A stretch of 64,000 nt of DNA from assembly GCF_018350175.1 (NCBI RefSeq), contig NC_058368.1, forward strand, positions 44,766,001 through 44,830,000. The letters run 5' to 3'. Made by a program: the position numbers and the translations under genes. Position 1 is the stretch's first letter, and every line of letters starts with the position of its first letter. Below the pieces are notes generated by a model. That model searched no databases. It was given only the letters and a program-made list of their open reading frames with translations, and was not told the origin of the DNA. Positions 37,061 through 50,424 of the stretch are shown in pieces. The DNA comes from Felis catus. Its lineage: Eukaryota.

Positions 37061-37229
37061 ACAAATATTTATGCTCTTTCAGAAACATCTTTGCTTAACA
37101 ACCAACCAAATATCTACATTTCTAAATAATTTATCTTTTATTCAGCTGATGGCTTGCTTATTTCTAGTCATAGTCAATAGCAAAACTCCATTACACAAAT
37201 AATTTGGGCTCTTGAACATTATGTAAGGT

Positions 37230-38150
37230 GATTTGACTTGTCACTAAGGAACATTGAGCTTGGATGTTCCACTAACAATTCAAACTCACTCATTTAAATC
37301 TGAACTTATTCTTTACCATTACCATTCTTCTTTCTGTATTGACTCATGCCTTCTATCTCTTATTGATGGATGACAGTATTTCTTTACCTGTACATCTGTT
37401 TAAACTACTATTTAAGCTGATTCAAACTTTTGGAAAATACAGTATATGAATAAAAAATATCCCCAAATGTGTTTTCTTTACTGAGATCCCTCGATAATTC
37501 AATCTTTAATCCATTGATAATTGTATTTAGAAAAGTTTATCTTCTCACTCAAGCCCACTCCAAAGAGTCATTAAATATTGTTGATTATTACAGTACTGCC
37601 TGAGATCCTTCCATTCCGCTATTCTCTTCCCTTTCCGAAAGCCACTTTGCTTGTTGATATGAACTCTTTTCTGAATTTTTGAGAAAGATTAAAAATTTTA
37701 ATTCTTGTATGTGACATAAGAAATCATATGCAGAATCCAGACTACTCCTACATCGTGTCCTAAAACATATGCATTCACCATTTACTGTCTTATTGTCTTG
37801 TTTTCGTTCCTTGCATTACAATTGGAAGTATTTCTTAAGTATTTCCACTTAGTTCAGGCTCATATCTCACTGTACTTCCAGACCAACCTTCCGCTTTGAT
37901 AACGCTGTTCTATTTGCTGCCCCGACTTGAGCTTTTTCTTTATTGCATCTTTAATGTGATTTTTCACCTTGGAACTACCTGAGTCTCAGTTGAGCGTTCT
38001 TGTTTTATCTGTGTTTTCAATGAAAAAAACTTCCTCTATCTTTTCATATACAAATGAATTTCCTTAGGACTTAGACTTGATCTGTAATTTCCTTATTTCA
38101 TTATTTAGTACTCTATTGCTTGTACTTAGTAATTGCCAGCAGAAAAATAC
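37230..38150 (+). mobile_element. Decayed L2
   Basis: ttggatgttccactaacaattcaaactcactc...tctgaactta is L2-like; pyrimidine-rich continuation. Confidence 0.4.
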
Positions 38151-38373
38151 ACTGTTTTTATCTTGCTATTATGGTTCTGTATGTAGCTGTTTCATTCTTA
38201 AATATTAACTGTATTTATTTGAATTTTAAAGGTAAAATCTGGAGGCGTATAACTTTCTAAAATTCTGTTGTCATCTTATTTTGCAAAAAGATAATTGGAA
38301 AAGGACATGTTAAAATGTATGGAGATTTCTCATGAGAAACCATTATTGCATTTTTGCTTCTTTTAGCTCTTTC

Positions 38374-38414
38374 ACACACACACACACACGCACACACACA
38401 CACACACAGACACA
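38374..38414. repeat. (CA)n microsatellite
   Basis: Direct observation. Confidence 0.95.
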
Positions 38415-40444
38415 AAAAATTCTGATTGGGAAATAACAGATCATAGCAGTTAGAAAGCCATCTCTGTGAGGAATCAGGCACAGACTCAAATTGGGAAGAA
38501 TGTATATTGCACATTTGTGCTTTTTGAGGACACCGCGAGACTTATGAAAGATAGATTTCTTTATCTATAGCATTGGATTTAATGAAGGTATTCTTAACTT
38601 TTGAGCTGTGTGATGTAGTAATTGTCCACATGTTAAATAGGTATTGGGCTATGTCTGTGTCATTGCCTGCATGACAGAGAGATGCTTAAGAACCAATACT
38701 TTTCTTCATAGATATTATACATAACATTATCAAGTGTTTGATATTTTTGATACATTAATAAAATGTATGCTTTCTAAGAATAAAATTAATAGATATTTCT
38801 ATTTTCCTTGATGTTTCCTTTTCCTAAACTCCCTCTTCCTTTCTGAAGATGTTTAGCCCGCTCCTATATGTCTAGTCTCTATTATAGACCTTTCCTGGCC
38901 TGGACAATATCTCAAGCTCTAATTTACGCTAACATTCTGGATCATCTTTTCCTGTAGAACTCATGTATCTGCTAGATACCAAGATAAAAAGACAAATCTC
39001 CTAGGGAAAAAGTAGTTAAAAACATTTAATTATTACTAGTTGGATGGTTTCACTAATATCTTATAGGAATGATTACATTTCATTCCTAGCTGTTTTTGCC
39101 TGAAATTGATGAACTCTACTCAAATGAGGTACTCAAATCACAACCTGATTTCAAAACATCTTGCAATAAGTAATATGCTCTTGAAAGAATAAAATGTATT
39201 GTGTTATTCAGTGTTATTTGCATTTCTGTAAGTTTTTCTTGTAAGAAATTTCTCTGAGTTAAGACACAATGTCCCCATACTAACTGTAGTTAACAAGTAC
39301 AATGCACTAAGTGTAAGCGTCACTCTAAAGTATACTTTCCCTTGAGAGAGATAAATGTACCAGTGACCTACACATGATATCAAAAAGGAAGTAACTATCT
39401 TAGGCTTATAAAGAACATCTGGTGCTACAAGAAAGATTGAAAATTCTTCCCCTGCTCCTCCCATATTCTGTCTCAGAGAAGTTGATGCTGATGGTAAGAA
39501 GCAAACACTCCCAGATGTTAACACAGATATTCAGGAAGGCAATTGAAAGGACTGCATTCAGTTTACTCTGGAAAATTAGATTTTTTAAAATTTCTATAAT
39601 AATGTAGGCACAGTATGAAATTTTTGTTTTGCTTTAGCATTGTCTCAATTATCTTAAATAAAAACTTTTCGATTTCTCTCACACTAATTATAAGGTATCA
39701 GTCAGTATTTCACCTCCCTCATTCCACAAAGAGAAGATGGAGAAAGAATTTTAATCACTGCATATTTGCAGATTTCCAGCTTTCTTTAGATTTACTCTGA
39801 TCAAAGTCCAACATACCTCTTTTGATCATCATCAGTGAGATATGTTCCTGTGAAAACATCAAGGTGGATGCATCTTGCAAGTCAATAAGGGATTAAAATA
39901 ATTCTCCCAAGTAAAGCTAATTCTGCTGGGCATACACTCTGCCTGTAGAGTTTCTAAAGTTTGGGTATGAAATGAGTTGTTCAAACACCTCGACTGAACA
40001 AACTTCAGGGATAAGGGAAAATATAGCCTTATTAATATAAATATTAAGGACATTAAAATAATTGGAATGTGTCAAGCCCCATGTCAGGTACTTTGGAGTA
40101 TGCAAAAGTAATGTATCAGTTCCTAATTTAAATAATTTACAACATAATTTATATTATATTGGAGTCACATGTATTTTATAATATAATGGAACGTATGCTT
40201 ATTATTTCCTAGTACTTACAGCTAAATAAAAAAGTATTTTTGTTGTGTTGAGAAGCCTTTTATATCTTTATCCAACATCCTAATTTTCAGATGGTTGATT
40301 TTTCCAAAACAGGAATCATTGAACCAATCACTCTTCTTCTTTTCCTTACAAATAACCCTCCTGGACTTGTATAACAGTTGAAAGTCATGTCAACAAGCTA
40401 CATTAATCAACTTAATGCACAAGAAGATAATTTTTTAAAGTGGT

Positions 40445-41040
40445 ATTCACTTGATCCGACAATTCTTCTGGGTGTTTATCTAAAGAAAATAAAACACTGA
40501 CTTGAATGTATATGTGCACTCTCACGGTCTCACAGCATTAGCATTATTTACAATAGCTGAGACATGGGAACAACCTAAGTGTCCGTTGAGGGATGGATGG
40601 ATGGATAAAGAAAATGTGATATGTATATATGTAGGATTATTATTCTATGTACATATGTATATATGTACATATGTATACATGTATACATATGTATATGTAT
40701 ATGTATTATATGTATACATACATATGTACATATGTATATATGTATATTCTATGTATATGTATATATGTAGGATTATTATTCTATCCTTCTATGAAAGAAG
40801 GAAATCCTGCCATTTGTGACAACATGGATGGACCTTATGGAGGGCATTATGGTAAATGAAATGAGTCACAAAGACAAAGACAAATACTATATTATTTTAC
40901 TTATATGTGGGATCTTCTAATACACACACACACACACACACACACCCCAAACTCATAGTTGCAGAGAACAGATTAGTAGTTGCTAGAGGCAGGGGACAGG
41001 TGGTGGGTGAAATGGGTGAAGGTGGTCAAATGGTACAAGA
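40445..41040 (+). mobile_element. L1MA-type 3' fragment with internal (TATG/TACA) expansion and (CA)n
   Basis: gcattatttacaatagc...caacctaagtgtcc...gaaatcctgccatttgtgacaacatggatggacct...gaaatgggtgaaggtggtcaaa. Confidence 0.85.
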
Positions 41041-41284
41041 AATATGGACAAAGTACTCTAGGAAATAGGAAGGCATGCTTAACCAAGTATTATGTGGTAG
41101 ATAAATACTTACAACAGAGTGTCTCCTTTAAATTGAATCAATAAAGACAAGTACCTGTTTGCCAGGCACAGAAAAGAATAAAGAATATTTCAAGAAAAAG
41201 GTCAGAGGTTCAGAGGAATAAAAGGAAGTCAAGCAGAATCCAGACTAATGATATTTATTCAAAATATGCTATTCATTGAGATTC

Positions 41285-41508
41285 TTTTTATTTTTTTAAA
41301 TGTTTTTATTTATTTTTGAGAGAGAGAGTGAGCGCACACACGTGAGTGGGGGAGGGGCAGAAAAAGAGAGGGAGACACAGAATCTGAAGCAGGCTCCAGG
41401 ATCTGAGCTGTCAGCACAGAGCCCGATGTGGGGCTTGAACTCATGAACCATGAGATCATGGCCTGAGCCGAAGTCATACACTTAAACGACTGAACCACCC
41501 AGGCGTCC
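41285..41508 (-). mobile_element. Can-SINE (SINEC_Fc-like)
   Basis: T-tail, (GA)n, cacagaatctgaagcaggctcc, reverse head cccaggcgtcc. Confidence 0.95.
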
Positions 41509-41689
41509 TGAGACTCTATTCTTAGTAAAATCTTTCTTTCTCTTATATCTTTTATATATTTTAATCCCCATCCATCCACCCAAACTTCCATCCTTATATA
41601 TAAAGCCATGTAATAGTATAATCAGATTATGCTTATGTAATCATATAATCAAATGTCCTTATGAATCCTTTTTTTCTCTCACTTAACAC

Positions 41690-42950
41690 ATCAAATCCAC
41701 TGGTCATACTTTTAGTTTAACCTTCAAGATATTCTATAATATATTTACAACTTTGGGACAAGCTAACATCCTCCCTGGACTATAATAAAACCTCCTAACT
41801 AGTGTATCTGCTTCCAGTCTGTCCTTTTAGTGCTGATTGTTTTCATTTGTTTCCCTGTCATTCAATTTGCACTGTTCTCTGTCCAGTTTAGTTCCTTGAG
41901 AGGCTAAACATTCTGGAACTACATCACATGGCTCCGTTGCTGACTTGCTTTTGGCCAAGTCCAGCCAATGGGATTACAAGCAGAAAGTTAGATGGTGGAA
42001 ATAAAAATGAGTGTTTTCTTCCCTTTTCCCTGCAAAACGTGGCTGTAGCCATGTCCTCTTATGACTACAGCTCAAGTAGGGCAGCCACTCTGTTATAGTT
42101 CTGATCTTTCTGAAGTATGTAATATGGTTTTCTCCATTATCACCTTGGTTCAGGGGCCCGGAGTCCTCAACCTACTTTGTGCATTTTCTGAACACTGGCC
42201 ACATCTCTGTAAGTAGTGCCTTCATTAACATCTCTTCATATGAACCATTTTTGGTATATTTTATCTCCTGCTGGGATCTTAGCTATTGCGCCATCATATA
42301 GTTTATTTTTCATACACTAGCTAGAATGATCCTTTTAAGATAGAGTTACTCTCTACTTTTGAATACATTTGAATTTTTCCATAATAAAAAATAAGAAGAA
42401 ACAACAGAGCATGTGTCTTCTCTGTTCAAAATCCCTCAGTGACTTTCCATAGTAATTGACATAAAAGCTAAACTCCTTATGACCATCTAAGCCCTGTATT
42501 ACCTATTTCCTGAACACTTCTGACCTCATCTTCCACACACCTGCTACCTTGTCCAAAGAATTCTATTTACCTTGGCCTCATTGCTGTTCCTTCTTCCTGG
42601 AACACTCTTGTCTGATATCTATTTGGTTTTTCCCTCATTTATTTTTTTGTCTCTGCTCAAAGTCACTTTCTCATAAAGGACTTCTCTGGCCTACCTAAAT
42701 TGGCAACCCCAAGCACTCTCTCACCTTGTCTTGTTTACTTTAATTCATAATTATTTTCACCATCTGAGTTTTAAGGAAGGCATAGTTCATTTGATGGTTG
42801 TTGCCAGCCCTTCATTCTGTCCTCCGCTTCTTGTTAAAATGTGGCTGCATTAGAGTAAAGAGCAGTCTGTTTGAGTCAGCACCACTCGATACAGGCGGCA
42901 CTTAGAAAGTCTTCATGAAATGAGTGAGTGAGTGAATGAATAAGTGAAGA
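41690..42950 (+). mobile_element. L2 3' region, interrupted by an LTR33-like element
   Basis: ctggactataataaaacctcctaactagtg...gctgttccttc...gagtgagtgaatgaa terminus. Confidence 0.6.
41830..42290 (+). mobile_element. ERVL LTR33-like solo LTR
   Basis: gaggctaaac...actacatcacatggctcc...gccaatggga...ctgtaagtagtgccttcattaac...tctcctgctgggatc. Confidence 0.6.
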
Positions 42951-43298
42951 GATTTCTAGACTGATTTTCACCGAATGATTGATTCTAGTGTTTTATTAAT
43001 GGTAGCAGTTTAGATCTTTGCTGTTTTCCCTGTTGTATGTGTATATGATTTACTGTTAATCAACATATCAACATATCAATAAAATGAATATGTGTTTTGA
43101 AAAATTCACCCTGGAGGCATTGTGAAGAGCAGATACAGATGGGGAAAGATGTCACTAGAGTTGGACAGTTATCATTGAGTCCACTGCAAAAAAGAAAAAA
43201 AAAAGACTAATCTAAAGTTATTGAAAATATACATGGAAAGAAAAGGTTTAGAACATTTTTTAAAGAATCACATTTACCAAAAAACAAAACAAACAAAC

Positions 43299-43332
<34 letters not shown>

Positions 43333-43494
43333 CAAAATAAAAACAAAAAATTCCAAAATTTGGTGACACATGAAGAAGACAATAGCTGTTAATAAGGAAT
43401 TTATTTGAAGATCTAACACATATCTAGTCCTTGTTTCTGGACATGACATCAGGACAAGATGCCATTCCTGTCTCCTAAAAAATTGATCAATCAC

Positions 43495-43677
43495 GGGGTG
43501 CCTGGGTGGCCCAGTTAGTTAAGCATCTGACTCTTGATCTGAGATCAGGCCATGCTCTCACAGTTTGTGGACTTGAACCCCACATCAAGCTCTGTGCTTA
43601 CAACGCAGAGTCTGGGATTCTGTCTTTCCCAGTCTCTCTCTCTCTCTCTCAAAATAAGTATTTAAACTTAAAAAAAA
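43495..43677 (+). mobile_element. Can-SINE
   Basis: ggggtgcctgggtggcccagttagttaag head; TSD-like ttgaYcaatca. Confidence 0.93.
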
Positions 43678-44349
43678 TTTGACCAATCAGATGAAATGTG
43701 TATTTACCATTCAACTAGATCTTTATATTTCAGGCATAACTTATGTATGTGCCCAATTCTACATATATTTTAGCATACACAGAAAATAATGAGTATTAGC
43801 ACAAATATTAGGATGAGGTCAAATCTAATGGTCAGGATAAAATCTCATCTTTTATTTTTATAATAGCTGAATATTATGAGTGACTACTCACTGAAACTAG
43901 ATTTCACGTGTTCCTTTCGATTAAATATTCATCACTCCCTAAATTCTTACCATATACTTGCCATCTTTTATTCTAGCTTCTTTTTGAAAAGAGTATAACA
44001 CTTATGCTGATTTGTAGCAAATTGGGAAGTTGTTTAATGGTTTGGAAAACCCCCATAGCTGACTGAATTGAGAATAACACACTCATTATTATTTATGACT
44101 CTATTTCCAGGTCTTTATAGGTCAGCTTATTGAATTCACTGAATATGCTGCTTTTCCAGCTCAGCAAAGCAAATTTTGCAAGCTACTTTGTGGCAGAGAC
44201 ACTCATAAAAATGTGCCAATTTTTAAAATTATAAACACATTTTATAATTTGTGTTTATAACTTGGGATAATTTACTCTAAATGAAAATCTATTGTTCATT
44301 AACCTTTGCCATTAAGAATTCCAAAACTTTAAAAAATAATAACCACCCA

Positions 44350-44429
44350 GGGATACCTGGGTGGCTCAGTCGGTTGAGCATCTGACTCTTGATCTCTCCT
44401 CAGGACATGATCTCATGGCTCATGAGATC
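44350..44429 (+). mobile_element. Can-SINE head only (3'-truncated)
   Basis: cctgggtggctcagtcggttgagcatctgactcttgat...catgagatc, then no CT tract or A-tail. Confidence 0.85.
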
Positions 44430-44714
44430 TTTTTTTCACACCAGGAAAATGAGAAACATAATATGCAAACTACATCAGGAAAGAGATTAATAACAGAACA
44501 TGATTTATATAATACTTTTAAAAGCTATTTTTCAGTTAACATGATATTTATTTTTTAAATGTTCTTCAAAAGAAAAATAAATATTTTGCTTTAAAATCAA
44601 CAATTGAATTTTGATTCTTTAAACGTCTATTTATTAAATCATTATTCCATGCCAAATAAAGATAAAATTTCTTTGGTGAAAAAACAAGTGCTCAGAAGTA
44701 TGCCTGAGTATTTT

Positions 44715-44846
44715 ATTTTGTAATTTTTTATTTACTTTTGTAAAGATTTTTTAAAAGCGATCTCTAAACCTGACATGGTTAGGTTAGATCCCCCAACCCT
44801 GGATCAAGAGTCACACGGTGTTCCGACTGAGCAACCCTAGCGCCCC
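44715..44846 (-). mobile_element. Short, old tRNA-like Can-SINE variant
   Basis: atctctaaacc...gatcaagagtcacac...ccgactgagcaaccctagcgcccc with T-rich tail and no (CT)n. Confidence 0.7.
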
Positions 44847-46949
44847 ATACGTGAAATCAAATTCTATATTAGTTATTCATTCAGGAAAATGTTTCCTTTG
44901 AATTACAATAAAATTAGACTTTGTAGTTAAAATTATCTAACTTTCTACTTCAGATATAACAGGAAAAATTGAAATGTTCAGGATCTATGTTGTCTTTTCT
45001 GCTCTCGGTGTCATGATGTCAGTTAATACCTCAAAAACTGCTAAATGCTAAGTAAAAGTTAAAATATTTTTTTTGTTTGAAAGCTTGTTCTCATAGGTGG
45101 AAAAAATTTTTTTGAGAATTAGAATTCTTAAGTTCCATTGCACATGCCTCTGTGAGTTTTTAAATTTAAAATATCTAAAGTAGTCTGCTTTAATTCTCAC
45201 AGCCTGAATTTCTACTTGCAAAATATTAGGGGGCTGGTTTTGAAGGTCTTTCCTCCCCCCGAAAAATTCTGTGAAAGTAAGGTAGATACACATTTTAGTA
45301 TGGCATTGTGTGATCATTCACATATTTTCCCTGGTAATTATGGAAATATAAATTCTAAACTGATCTGAATTGGCTTGATAAGGAAGGCAATAGTGTGGGT
45401 AAGAGATATTAGAGTAAACTACAAATTAACAAAACTTAAAAAAAAATCACACAGTTTCACCAATTATTGTTCAGATTAAAAAGAAAAAAAAAAGAGAAAA
45501 GTAATATACCCACTTAATGAGTTCTACTTGATGGGGTTAAACTATAGAAGACTAACAACAATTACTGATAATAGCAAACTCTTAATTGTTTTCATTAACT
45601 TAAAATTGAATATATGGAAAGTAAATAAACTTTTCTCTAATTTATCAGGAGTCTTGAATTGGAAAATTTGATGTATTTGTGGGAAATATTAAATTAACAT
45701 GTGCACCATTTTCTTAATGGTTGGAATATGAAATTGCATGGTACTCAGCACCAATAAGATTATTCTAAGATAATTTATCTTTATATTTTGAAAAAAATAA
45801 CATCACTCCAAAAAATTCCGAATAGTTATGCAAAATAATATATAAGTATTTACCATTTTTTAACATTAGCAGTGCACTGTTACTTTTTGAATATTATTAA
45901 AGTAACAACTTATATTCTGGGTGACCTATAAGTATTTGCCATCTAATTAGAATGGAAAAGAGTGCTTTTGCCTGATTCTCTGGATAGTCATTAATGTTAA
46001 ATTGCTCTTCTCTTGGGGGTATTTTTTCCATTTTCAGAGTCATTATAATAATAAACTATTTTATTTATTTGATACTCTTGGAAATTAAAATTACAGTCAT
46101 AGTCATTTCAGTACTTGTGTGATAAAATTCAATTCACTTGTGATTCATTCACACAGTATATAGTTTGCTTCCTTTCCTCTTAGGAATGATTTAAATTATA
46201 CAAGCTTGCAAAGTAATTTTAAACAGTTTATCTATTTTTTTAAGTCATAGGATTTTTGTCATTTAAAAGCTGTGAATGATGACTCTCAGGAAAAAATGAC
46301 TCCAGTGGAAGGAATCTATATTTCACTAAAGGCCATTTATTTGATGAGCAAAAAGTTCTTTAAGCTTTTTTTTTTTTTGTTTGTTTGTTTGTCTGTTTTA
46401 TTTTAATACATATTGAATGACTGAAAGGCTCATGAGAGGTTTCAAGCATTGTAAAAATTATTTTTTTTTCAGATGGAAAGACATACATATCTTAATTCTC
46501 CATAAAACTGTCAAGTATTTATTGAGTAGGCATCAATTCTTAGGGAAAAAAATTAATTTCATTCACACAATGTTACTGACAGAAAAAAATATTTCTATCT
46601 TCTTGTCCTGAAGTGAAAACTGAGGTCCAATGAAATTAAACTTTCCATGAACAAACACTGAATTAATGTTGAACTCAAAAATATCAAACACTCATTTATA
46701 CCACTGCATCTACTCAACTACCAAAACTTGCATGCACATGTTTTTGCTTTTCTCCTGTTCACATAGATAATTTCCAATCCTCTTTTCTAAAGTCAATCTA
46801 CCCACTTATGCATGAAATCCTACCTACCCTAGCACATTTAGATAAAATATTACAACAGTTCTTCCCTCTGTCTTACATCATCAAATTTCCTGTCTTCAGA
46901 ATCACACCTGTGAGTATGTAAACATGCCTGATTCCTCTCCTTCAGTTTG

Positions 46950-48465
46950 GTGTTTATCAATATATTTTGTTTGTTTTCTTTATCAATTTATTGACCCTCA
47001 GCTCCAAAATGATCTTTTTCAACTGTTTTGTGAAAATGGATGATGAAATGGCCCGTTAAGGTTTTTTTTTTTCTTTGCCAGCTAGCACTATGGTAAGCAT
47101 TGTCAGTAGAGGACACTGGAGAGACACTAGGGAGAAAGATTTTGCTTCCTGGTTTGAGTATGCCTATTCACCAGATTTCTGCAATGAATGCAGTTTCTCT
47201 AGTGCTTGCCTCCTGCAGAGCATGATGGCCAGGAGAACCTAGAAAATTATCCCAGAAGTCTCCCCAGGTGATTTTGTAGCAGGTTGTCTCTTTTGGGATA
47301 CCTAGAGGGAAGATTTCTAGTAAGTTCTAAAGGACAGATTTCTAGAAAATTCTACCACTGCTACAGCACAATGACTTGCCTGCCATTTAGTTAGCCATGG
47401 CTGCACTGTCTTCAAGGAGGTCTGAATCTCAGGTGGGGTGCTTCCGTGGGTGCTCTGTCTCAGCCCCAAAGCAGTAAGTAGCTGCTCCTTATACAAGAAT
47501 ACCTTGTTTTATAGGACTTTGATTTACTGTGCTTTGCAGATATTGTGTTTATTACAAATTAAAGGTTTAAGACTTCACTGGAGGAAGTAACTAAAGATGT
47601 GGTAGAAATAGCAATAGAACTAGAACTAGAAGTAGAGCCTGAAGATGTGACTGAATTTCTGAAAGGTCACAATAAAACTTGAATGGATGAGTGGTTATTC
47701 TTATGGACGAACAAAGTGGTTTCTTGAGATGGAATCTACTCCTGGTGAAGATGCTGTGGAGACTGTTAAAATAAAGAATTTGGAATATTACATTAACTTT
47801 GTGGATAAAGCAGTGGCAGGGCTTCAGAGGATTGACTCCAGTTTTGAAAGAAATCTCTGTGAGTAAAATGCTATCAGGCATCATTGCTTGCTGCAGAGAA
47901 ATCATTTGTGAAAGGGAAAGTCAATCAATACAGTAAACTTCATTGTTGTCTTGTTTCAAGAAATTGCCCCAGTCACCCCAGCCTTCAGCAACTACCACCC
48001 TGATCAGTCAGCAGCTATCAACATGGAGGCAAGACTCTCTACCATCAAAAAGAACATGACTCACTGAAAGCTCAAATGAAGGTTATCATTTTTTTAGTAG
48101 TAAAGTTTTTTTCTAAAATAAGTATGTACATTGTTTTTCTTAGACATAATTCTATTGCATACTTAATGGGCTATACTTTTATAAATGTAAACATAACTTT
48201 TATATACACTGGGAAACCAAAAAATTCATTGGACTCACTTTACTGATATTCACTTTATTGTAGTGGTCTAGACCTAAAACAGCAATGTCTCTGAAGTATA
48301 CCTCAGAAATCTGCTATTTCTATATTCTTTAGAGTTCCTTTAGCTTTTTAGTTTCTAATGCTTCCTTACTCCAAATCCTTGTTATACTTAGTGATTTTTT
48401 AAATAAATTTTCCATGTTAAAATTTCACTTTGTTTTTGTTTCTCTTCATTGCATCCTGGCTGATA
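46950..48465 (+). mobile_element. ERVL LTR33A-like solo LTR, split by Tigger1
   Basis: ctttgccagctagcactatggtaagcattgtcagtagaggacactggagagacact...; resumes after Tigger1 with aataaattttcc...cctggctgata. Confidence 0.6.
47494..48304 (+). mobile_element. Internally deleted Tigger1 (TcMar-Tigger)
   Basis: 5' end after TA (caagaataccttgttttat...aaaggttt) joined to the transposase C-terminal region (gaggaagtaact...gaagatgtgactgaatt) and 3' end gcaatgtctctgaagtatacct. Confidence 0.88.
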
Positions 48466-50424
48466 AACCCAGCCACTTACAGACTATTTTTTTTTCAATT
48501 TTGCAGTTTTAAACATCCTATGTATTTACTATTTTAAATGCTAGTTTTCCCACATTTGCTTAGCTCTATTCCACAGAAATTAATCTTGTCAAAGATTGAC
48601 TTAAAATCAATTAAAAATCAATTAACGTACATCATTCTATTTGATCTCTCAGCAGCATTTGGTACAGGTTATCACTCGGTCCTCTCTGATGGTTTATTTT
48701 ATGAAATTTCTGCCAGCAAGCTCCGTTGACTTATATACTATTTGACTAGTGTCTTGATTTCAGTTACCAGGTTCTTTCTATCTCTAATTTTGTAATGTTT
48801 CGATGCCCAGACGTGATTCTGAGTTCTCTGTACTTATTTATCTATTCTGACTTCTTAGGTAATACTATCTCATATCATGGCTTTAAATTATATCTATATG
48901 CCAACGGTTTCCTAATTTATACCTCCTAGTGTACCTCCACAACACCTAAATGATGCATTCAACTGCCTATTCAACATTTCCACTTAAAGGCTTAATAGAA
49001 ATCTTAAAGTCAGTATTCCATAATATCCTTCCTCATTGGGGCTCAAGCCAAAAAACCTGGGATCATTTCTGATTCCTCTCTTATCTCTTATTCTCCCATA
49101 TAAACAGCTGTACTTACAAATATAACTAGAATGAGAACACTTCTCACTATCTTCATTGTTACTACCTTATTACTCTTATGTGACTTCTCAAATATCTCAC
49201 CTCTGCTATTGCTATCACCTCCTAACTGGCTTCCATTTTCTACTCTTGTTTCCCTGTAGTATACTCTCTACACAGCAACTAGATAGTCCATTCAACTGTG
49301 TACATGAGATGAAGTTCTTTTCTGCTTAAAACTCTGCAATGGCTTCCATCACACTCGAAGGAAGTACCAAAGTCCTTGCAATTGCTTACAAGTTATTCAA
49401 TGATTTCGATCTTCACCTTCTCTAAATTCCTCCAACAACTCACTCCCTGGATGACTCTGTTTCAGCCACACAGGCTGCCTTGCTTTTCCTCAAAGAGTAA
49501 CAAGCAAAAATATTTTATAAAAATAGCAGTGTGGACAGGGGATGCAGGAATATATGTATTTTATCTATATCCCAAATAAATTACTGATCAAAATAAAATA
49601 ATCTTATAATTGGATCAAGGTAATTTCCTCTACTGTAGATTTACCTATGATATTTGCCCCCAAATTAAGAATATTCTTTAGTTTAAGGATCATATTTTAA
49701 TCTTCAGATTTTATTTCTATAAACTTCAGTTACTAAAATATTAAAGTAGCTTCATGAGTTAACTGAGTTCCCTAAATCCTAAATTAAAATAGCTAGAAAT
49801 ATTTTAATGATTTAAATGGCTTTTGCTTCATTCCAAACATTCCACAATTTTTGTTAGTCCTCCTACAAATTATTATGTCCTTTAATTTTATCATTGTTAT
49901 ATAAAATAGGCATGAATAAAAAATGAAATTCTTCTTTAATGTTTAATTGAAGAAAATAATTGTTCTCACACTGTGTGGCCTCTTGGTAAATGTTATGTAT
50001 ATTATTTAATATGTACAAAAATGCTTATGAACTAACTGAAGTTCAAGGGTTTTTTTTCCCCATGGAATGGACTTTGTTTTCTGATATATTATGCTAGCAA
50101 TGAAAATGGGACATTTTTTTCTTATAGCCAACTTATTTTTAAATGTATCATTAAAGCAGAGGAATTCTAATGAATTTATGTTCTATGGATATATCTAATA
50201 AAGCAAAGAAATGAGGGAGCATATTCTATTTAATTTGCTTTCCTATTGTCCATTCAATAAAGGATTTTCAGTAAAGTCTGAATCAATGTGCTCTTTATGA
50301 CTTCATCCTTAGTAGCCACTGTTAGCTCCATCATAACACACTCTTGTAGATTTCTCTCTCATTTCAGATAAGTCATATATCAACATACGGTTAAATGAAA
50401 CTACATTTCCTAAGACCTAGAAAA

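Larger units (their letters stand above)
46760..49495 (+). mobile_element. L2 (L2a-like) long fragment split by nested LTR and Tigger1
   Basis: ttgatctctcagcagcatttggtacagg, catggctttaaattatatctatatgcc, aactgcctattcaacatttccactt, tctgcttaaaactctgcaatggcttcc. Confidence 0.75.

Noticed and set aside
44229..44260. 11-bp inverted repeat ttataaacaca / tgtgtttataa
   Set aside because: Short and AT-rich; plausible by chance in 64 kb and too small for a pre-miRNA.
44760..44846. tRNA gene
   Set aside because: tRNA-like head is degenerate and has a T-rich (A-tail) flank, so it is a SINE relic rather than a functional tRNA.
47575..48080. Transposase-like coding sequence
   Set aside because: Tigger1 remnant with stops and frameshifts and most of the ORF deleted.
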